Positions 58,402 to 64,000 of a DNA stretch of 64,000 bases are shown here, in pieces (position 1 is the stretch's first letter; the number at the start of each line of letters is the position of its first letter). Below the pieces are notes generated by a model, which was not told the origin of the DNA, did not search any database, and saw only the letters and a list, made by a program, of their open reading frames with translations. Source of the stretch: an uncultured Helicobacter sp. (lineage in GTDB: Bacteria; Campylobacterota; Campylobacteria; Campylobacterales; UBA6016); contig CAZMPN010000005.1 in the NCBI GenBank assembly GCA_964568395.1, forward strand, positions 29,897-93,896, written 5' to 3'. Made by a program: the position numbers and the translations under genes.

Positions 58402-59182
58402 TATTCCACCTATGCAAAACAGTGATTGTTTTATTTATTTTTTTAAAGCCGTTTTTGATATAGAAATTTAATGCAGAAATATTTTTTGCTTGCGTTTCAG
58501 TATAAATATTTCTATTTTTAAGTGTGTCAAGCACATGACACATCATGATGCTTCCGATATTTTTACCCCTAAAATTATCCAATACAGACACAAAAAAAAC
58601 TGTAGATTTTTCATCGCAACAGTTAACAAGAATAGTGCCGCACGGCATCCCTCCTGATAGCGCAACAAACATTTTATGATTGCTATCTATTTCATAGTTT
58701 TTAAGATAGCTCACCCATAGTTCATCGGCTTTATTGTTCTGTATGTTTATATCAGTGTGAAATCTTGTTAGCTCAAATACCGATCCTAATTGATCATATG
58801 GAAGGCCTGCATTTACGGCCTTCTCCTCAATTCTTATATCTGAATCTTTATGCCAAATTAATTCATTGGCGTCAAACTTTAACTCTATCTCGGTGTCAAC
58901 ATAATAAAAACCGCATTTTTGCAAAAAATAAACTATTTCATAGTTTGATTGGGTGTCTATTTTTGCGCTAATAAAAGCACCCCTAAACTTGCTTTCAATT
59001 TCTTCGGCCAATTCTTCAGATGGCTCAAAATTTGATTTTGAAACATCTAATAAAAAACAAGGTTTATTAAAAAAAGAGCTATCCCATTCCAAATATTTGA
59101 AGTAAATATACTTAGCCCTCTTTGCTACAAGTTCTTTAAAAGCGGATGCCGATTCGCTATCTTGATAATCTATAAAAATCAC
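58394..59182 (-). CDS. GNAT-family N-acetyltransferase (PseH-like position)
   Basis: 262 aa. C-terminal GNAT core VSVLDNFRGKNIGSIMMCHVL...ALNFYIKNGFKK. Lies directly downstream of the PseG-like gene. Confidence 0.6.
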   Translation of the reverse strand: MIFIDYQDSESASAFKELVAKRAKYIYFKYLEWDSSFFNKPCFLLDVSKSNFEPSEELAEEIESKFRGAFISAKIDTQSNYEIVYFLQKCGFYYVDTEIELKFDANELIWHKDSDIRIEEKAVNAGLPYDQLGSVFELTRFHTDINIQNNKADELWVSYLKNYEIDSNHKMFVALSGGMPCGTILVNCCDEKSTVFFVSVLDNFRGKNIGSIMMCHVLDTLKNRNIYTETQAKNISALNFYIKNGFKKINKTITVLHRWNND

Positions 59183-60156
59183 AAAATTTCCCTTATGCTA
59201 TCAGACAAGATATTGGCTTCAAAAATATCTTTTGTAAACATCGGCTTAAATGTATCTACCGCCAAATTAAGCTCTTGGGCATCAAAGCTTTTAAATCCAA
59301 TATACTTCGCCTGATTCTCACTCTCAAAATATTTACATCTTGCCACTTGGTGTTCGTAGGTAGCTATAAGGGCACACGGGGTTTTGGAGGCAACCAGCTC
59401 CGATGACGTAAGCCCGCCTGCGCCTATTGCAAAATCGCAAGCTAAATACTCCGATAGCATATCCTTAACATTTACCTTTATCTCGTACTTTATACCTCTT
59501 TTGTTCAAGTCATCTTCAAGTTTAGCTTTCTTTTCGTATCCCGCCCCAACAATAATAACCAACTCTCTGCCTTCGCAACCTATGGCATGCGCAACTTTTG
59601 ACGTAAAATCAAACTCATCTGCTCCGCCCATAGCTATTAATATTTTTTTTCTAGCGGCCGAGTATTTCCTATTTTTTATATCATCGGAATAAAAAGCCTT
59701 CGCCAGTATTACATATTTTGGGCCAAGTAAAAATTTGGTATTGGGAAACTTATTTATATCGTAGTATTTATAGGCATCAACATCCCAATTAATTACCAAT
59801 TTTATGGATTCTGGTATAAAACCGTCAAAATTTACACACAACGTTGGAATATTATTATTTAATCCAATATACTCAGTAAGCTTTCGCTCAGTAATCTCAA
59901 AAAAAAGCATATCTATGCCGTATTCGTCAATTAGCATATTAATAGCCGCCACATCCTCTTCAACACCCGCATCTTCATTAAGCCAGAATACATTTTTAGG
60001 CTTACGTTGTTCAACGATTCCCTTGGCTGCTGCGGTTTGTTGCGTCAAAAAAAAACAATCAAATTCCGACAAATATTCACTAAGCGTAATAAGAGACATT
60101 AAATCGCCTATTCCTATGGATGGTTTTGCATCTGCACGGAATAGTATTTTTTTCAT
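59179..60156 (-). CDS. PseG-like nucleotide-sugar hydrolase (GT28 C-terminal-like, GT-B fold)
   Basis: 325 aa. MKKILFRADAKPSIGIGDLMS matches the PseG-type N-terminal pattern (FRxDxxxxIGxG), and the C-half has GGADEF...AIGAGGLTSSELVASKTP. 1-nt overlap with the synthase gene. Confidence 0.6.
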   Translation of the reverse strand: MKKILFRADAKPSIGIGDLMSLITLSEYLSEFDCFFLTQQTAAAKGIVEQRKPKNVFWLNEDAGVEEDVAAINMLIDEYGIDMLFFEITERKLTEYIGLNNNIPTLCVNFDGFIPESIKLVINWDVDAYKYYDINKFPNTKFLLGPKYVILAKAFYSDDIKNRKYSAARKKILIAMGGADEFDFTSKVAHAIGCEGRELVIIVGAGYEKKAKLEDDLNKRGIKYEIKVNVKDMLSEYLACDFAIGAGGLTSSELVASKTPCALIATYEHQVARCKYFESENQAKYIGFKSFDAQELNLAVDTFKPMFTKDIFEANILSDSIREIL

Positions 60157-61211
60157 TAAAGTATAACGCTCCAGTTTATAGGATCCTCGAAAGCTATATC
60201 GCTTTTTGCGGTTATTGTATTGGCTTCAAAAAGACTAATATACTTAGGCTCAAGACCTGGTCTTTTTTTCCCGGGTCTTAAAATACTTAAATCTTCAACC
60301 TTTATGATCTCTCCTTTTTTAATATTTCTTCTCGCAAAAAGAGTCATGTAGCAAAAATCTCTAAGATATTTTTCGTGCTCATGGCATATTTTGGCACTTG
60401 AGCCATATATTATGCTATCCAAATAGACAGAGTTATTTTCATATTTTTCTCTTGCAGTGTTAATATCGGCAACCATTTTTGAAAGCTCATCCGGTTCAAG
60501 AGCAAAAAAGTGATCTGGTCCACTCATCTTTTTATCCAATGTAATATGCTTTTCTATTACGGTAGCACCCATATATACTGCCTGTATAGGAGCATCGGAA
60601 ATCTCAAAAGTATGATCTGAATAGCCTATTGCAACCTCAGGAAATGCATATTTAAGGGTATTTAAAACACCCATATTTACTTCATTAAGAGGTGTGGGAT
60701 ATTTGATAGAACAGTGAAGAAGGGTTATATCGTTATGATATTTCTGGACGCACCTTACGGCCTCTTCAGTTTCGGCCAGCGTTGAACCCCCGGTACTCAT
60801 AATAATCGGAAGTTTGGTTTTTGCGGCAGCCTCTATTAAAGGTAGATTGGTTATTGTGTATGATGAAAGCTTAATTATTTTCATACCTTTTTTGACCAAA
60901 TACTCCAAACCTTCAATGTCAAAAACAGATGCCATAAAATCAATATTTTTTGATTCACAGTAAGGCATGATAGTGTCAAGCCATTCTGGCGGCAACTCAA
61001 AAGCCTTAACTGCGCTATGTATATCATAACTATATTCTTTATCGGCATCTTTCCAGTCCAGCTTGCCAGCAGTGGTAGGGTACATACCGTTCGCGGTAAA
61101 AAACTGAAACTTTGCGGCGTGGCATCCTGCGTCAACACTCGCATCTATCATTTTTAAACAGTTCTCCAAAGAACCGTTAAAATTTATTCCTATCTCGGCA
61201 ATAATATACAT
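60156..61211 (-). CDS. nonulosonic acid synthase (NeuB/PseI/LegI family)
   Basis: 351 aa. MYIIAEIGINFNGSLE...AAKFQ TIM-barrel N-terminus, GYSDHT, and C-terminal SAF-like EDLSILRPG. Confidence 0.9.
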   Translation of the reverse strand: MYIIAEIGINFNGSLENCLKMIDASVDAGCHAAKFQFFTANGMYPTTAGKLDWKDADKEYSYDIHSAVKAFELPPEWLDTIMPYCESKNIDFMASVFDIEGLEYLVKKGMKIIKLSSYTITNLPLIEAAAKTKLPIIMSTGGSTLAETEEAVRCVQKYHNDITLLHCSIKYPTPLNEVNMGVLNTLKYAFPEVAIGYSDHTFEISDAPIQAVYMGATVIEKHITLDKKMSGPDHFFALEPDELSKMVADINTAREKYENNSVYLDSIIYGSSAKICHEHEKYLRDFCYMTLFARRNIKKGEIIKVEDLSILRPGKKRPGLEPKYISLFEANTITAKSDIAFEDPINWSVIL

Positions 61212-62869
61212 TATTTAACTCCGTATGCCTTTTTCCAATCATCTAAAACCATATTCTTATAGGCATCCCTATTATATTTGCCTTTTTTATCCCACTCAAA
61301 CCACTTATTTACAGGCGCAGAAAAGCCTCTCTTGTCTATACGATCGCATATTTCTTTTGGAATAAACTTTCTGGCCACTTCTTTAAGCGCCCACTTTGTA
61401 ATACCGTCTTTTATTTTGTATTTAGATGACATCGAAAAAGCAAACTGCACAAGACGATAATCCAAAAACGGTGAACGGTTTTCTATGCTAAATGCCATAG
61501 ATAGTCTATCGGCCATCTGTAAAAGCACCTGCATTGTGCTGTAAAAATCGTTTAGCCCCATGGCATGGACTACATCTTTTTGCATCTTATCAAAATAAAA
61601 TCCGATACTTTCGTTCAAAAACTTGAGCACCTTCGCATCATAAGGATTTTCGCATCTATTGACTAGTTTTGTATATCTATCTACAGGGGAACCATAATAT
61701 CTATTTATCAGATAGCTATACTGTTTCATAGCCTCCAATGAGTGTATCTGTTCATCGTGGTGCAAAAGGTGATATCTATGGTATCCCCCAAAGACCTCAT
61801 CGGCGCCATCGCCTGCCATCATCACCTTGACACCATCTTTTTTTACTCTCTCTAGAAGCATCCACAGCGTAAAACTCGTCCATGTGCAAGGCGTATCAAG
61901 ATGATAGGCTATCTGCTCTCTGGTACGTAAAAAATCTTCTTTATTTGGCTCAACGACGATAAGCTCTTTTTTTATCTGCTTTGCTACCAGTCTCGCGTAG
62001 TCCAGTTCATTAAAATCATCATAATCGTAATGCGCCGTATAAAGATAATCAGGCTTTGCAATACATGCGACCAAAGAGCTGTCTATACCGCCGCTCACAA
62101 AAGCCCCGAAACTGTGGGCGCAGTTTTTGGTTCTAAGAAGAATAGAATCCTCGACAAGCTCGGCAAGAGAGCTTACAATCTTGTTTTCATCGTCAGGTAG
62201 CTCTATTAGATTATCCCATATTTTCCAATAGCTTTTAATGCTGGCTTTGCCGTTTTTGACATGTATATATTCGCCTGGCTCAAGCAGATAGACGTCCTTA
62301 AAAAGAGTCTCTTTGCCGGTAGTAAATTCATACGCCTTATAAGAAACGGCCTTATCGTTAAACTTTGGTTCTATGAGCCCTATGAGCGACTTTATCTCAC
62401 TAGCAAAAGCAAAAAAATCTTTTCCTTTTACATAATAAAGCGGTTTTTCTCCCACCTTGTCTCTAACTATAAATGTTTCGTTCTTCTTTTTATCATGTAC
62501 CGCAAAAGCGTACATCCCATTATATTCTTTAAATGCGTCTACGCCTTTGTCCACGAAACTAACCATTGCAGTCTCTGTATCAGACCCCGTCTTAAAAGCA
62601 TATTTGCCGAGATTTTTTCTTATCTCTTCATGGTTATATATTTCACCATTATAGACTATCGCAAAATTACCGCTACTATCTTCATAGGGGATATGGTGCT
62701 CAACGGTGTCTATAATAGATAAGCGTACCATCCCTATAGTAGCATCGCCATATGTTGCCAACCCGGACTGGTCTGGGCCCCTATGGACACCCTTGTCGAG
62801 CATGTTCTGGACTATCGTCTTTGTATCATAATCCCTATTTTTACTAATAAAACCAGCTATACCACACAT
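61211..62869 (-). CDS. asparagine synthetase B-like glutamine-dependent amidotransferase, paralog 4
   Basis: 552 aa. MCGIAGF (Cys2), MVRLSIID, and PP-loop FVSGGIDSSLVAC. Confidence 0.85.
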   Translation of the reverse strand: MCGIAGFISKNRDYDTKTIVQNMLDKGVHRGPDQSGLATYGDATIGMVRLSIIDTVEHHIPYEDSSGNFAIVYNGEIYNHEEIRKNLGKYAFKTGSDTETAMVSFVDKGVDAFKEYNGMYAFAVHDKKKNETFIVRDKVGEKPLYYVKGKDFFAFASEIKSLIGLIEPKFNDKAVSYKAYEFTTGKETLFKDVYLLEPGEYIHVKNGKASIKSYWKIWDNLIELPDDENKIVSSLAELVEDSILLRTKNCAHSFGAFVSGGIDSSLVACIAKPDYLYTAHYDYDDFNELDYARLVAKQIKKELIVVEPNKEDFLRTREQIAYHLDTPCTWTSFTLWMLLERVKKDGVKVMMAGDGADEVFGGYHRYHLLHHDEQIHSLEAMKQYSYLINRYYGSPVDRYTKLVNRCENPYDAKVLKFLNESIGFYFDKMQKDVVHAMGLNDFYSTMQVLLQMADRLSMAFSIENRSPFLDYRLVQFAFSMSSKYKIKDGITKWALKEVARKFIPKEICDRIDKRGFSAPVNKWFEWDKKGKYNRDAYKNMVLDDWKKAYGVK

Positions 62870-64000
62870 TATTTAAGCAACGCCTTTAGCCTACCGTCGC
62901 CAACCTCATGGTAGATTGTCGTTGAAGAAAATGACAAATGTCTCAGAATACCAACCCCGTCAATAACTATTTTTGCACCATATATGCCATTTTCATTTAT
63001 ATTTTTTTGCGTCAGGTAACTATAATCCTGATTCGACCCCATAACAACATAGCCTTCCGTAAAGTCCGCTTTATTTTTCATATTATTAAATTTTGCAAAA
63101 GGCAAAATATCGGCCATTTCTTTTTTTGTAAAGTATGGATCATGGGCAAAGACTTTTATCCCAATGTTATTTAAATATTCTGCCAAAAGCACAGCCGCAG
63201 ACGCTCTAATATCTTTTCTTGCGCCTTCTGCAGAAAGCCCCATGATTGTTACGGAAGAGATGTTTTTCTGTTTGAGAATATCCGCATAAAACAACACCGT
63301 AGCCATATTTACAGCTTGTGCTTCTTTTATGATTGATAAATAATCGCCATTTTGTCCGGCAAACACATGGTCAATATGTAGCATATGCCTATGGTTTAGA
63401 AGATTTAGGCCACCTCTCTTTGTTGAAAGATCTAGATTTTTTACTATTGCCGACGATACTTCATTCACGTTTATATCTGGATACGCAAAAGAAAGTTGTG
63501 TAAAAAAAGCTTCTGCGCTATATTTGAGACAGTTTTTGGCATTTTCGTATACTTCGGCTTCTTCTATGCTACTTAAAGTCTCAAATTTTATTCCTAAAAT
63601 ATCAAAAAACTCAGAAATAATTTCAAAAGAACTTTTGTCATTGGCCGCTATTATCCTGTTTTCGCTCCCAATCAAAAACTCTTCTACGCTCCAATCACTC
63701 CTAAATGCTGACGCAAAATAACACTTGGCCCCTTTTTTCTTTAAAGGTTTAATAAAATAGTTTTGAACAGTTCCGACTTTTTCTGCAGACTGAAAAATAA
63801 CTAAAGAACCGGATAAGTTGTTTATATACTGCGTAAATATGTCAACAAGTTTACTATATGCCTCCTGCTTAGAGTAATCTCCGCCGAAAGCGGGGAGTGC
63901 TATAATGTGGACATTAGACTCAAACATTTTTGAGTAATTATCAACAAACGCAACATTATTTAAATCAATTTTTGGAACATCGTTACTTTTGGACCATGCT
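62869..64000 (-). CDS. divergent UDP-glucose/GDP-mannose dehydrogenase-family protein, 5' end off window
   Basis: The track ORF starts at the ATG at 63927, but the frame stays open to the window edge (AWSKSNDVPKIDLNNVAFVDNYSK precedes it). The central-domain-like SIEEAEVYENAKNCLKYSAEAF and C-domain-like IMGLSAEGARKDIRASAAVLLAEYLNNIGIKVFAHDPY fit this family. Confidence 0.5.
   Translation of the reverse strand, partial: AWSKSNDVPKIDLNNVAFVDNYSKMFESNVHIIALPAFGGDYSKQEAYSKLVDIFTQYINNLSGSLVIFQSAEKVGTVQNYFIKPLKKKGAKCYFASAFRSDWSVEEFLIGSENRIIAANDKSSFEIISEFFDILGIKFETLSSIEEAEVYENAKNCLKYSAEAFFTQLSFAYPDINVNEVSSAIVKNLDLSTKRGGLNLLNHRHMLHIDHVFAGQNGDYLSIIKEAQAVNMATVLFYADILKQKNISSVTIMGLSAEGARKDIRASAAVLLAEYLNNIGIKVFAHDPYFTKKEMADILPFAKFNNMKNKADFTEGYVVMGSNQDYSYLTQKNINENGIYGAKIVIDGVGILRHLSFSSTTIYHEVGDGRLKALLK

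Noticed and set aside
1-64000. Searched for CRISPR arrays, tRNA/rRNA genes, IS elements, integrases, prophage or defence-system genes.
   Set aside because: No transposase-, integrase- or nuclease-like ORFs, no regularly spaced repeats, and no non-coding interval larger than about 140 nt. Essentially every base is accounted for by glycan-pathway CDS.
2319-64000. Classic kps-type (ABC transporter-dependent) capsule locus.
   Set aside because: No KpsM/T, KpsD/E or KpsC/S/F/U homologs are recognisable. The presence of Wzx, a Wzy-like protein and a WecA/MraY-type initiator points to a Wzx/Wzy-type pathway instead.

Overview
The window is almost entirely one very large surface-glycan (LPS/O-antigen or capsule-like, plus nonulosonic-acid) biosynthesis locus. 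From galE (2319) to the window end (64000) I count 57 CDS, and 56 of them are on the minus strand. Most junctions are 4-40 nt overlaps or gaps of a few nt, which suggests translational coupling. Only the first ~2.3 kb is non-glycan: a partial secreted TPR protein, a GAF/HD-GYP signalling protein and a small stand-alone cNMP-binding protein. By family, the locus encodes: about 14 glycosyltransferases; one MraY/WecA-type initiating phosphotransferase; two Wzx-like flippases and one Wzy-like polymerase; the GDP-L-fucose pathway (manC, gmd, fcl); galE; a WecB-type 2-epimerase; two DegT-type aminotransferases; seven SAM methyltransferases (two FkbM-type, two with zinc ribbons); five acyl/acetyltransferases; a NodU/CmcH carbamoyltransferase; a formyltransferase; a PIG-L deacetylase; a PhyH-type Fe/2OG dioxygenase; four intact AsnB-type amidotransferase paralogs; a WbuX/HisH/HisF-like acetamidino module; and a NeuB/PseG/PseH/cytidylyltransferase nonulosonic-acid module. 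I saw no rRNA, tRNA, CRISPR, transposase, integrase or long G/C homopolymer tracts. The gene order hisF-like/hisH-like/pseA-like, the AT-rich codon usage and galE at the border suggest a Campylobacter-like epsilonproteobacterium, but that is a low-confidence inference. The best candidates for undescribed biology are: (i) the four AsnB paralogs; (ii) the WecB / WbuB-like GT / heparinase II-III-like / bi-domain oxidoreductase / AsnB cassette; (iii) the over-decorated nonulosonate pathway at 49.5-64 kb; and (iv) the AT-rich tailoring island at 36.8-49 kb, with a PhyH dioxygenase and a 635-aa orphan GT-B-like protein. All functional calls rest on motifs read from the supplied translations. No database search was possible.
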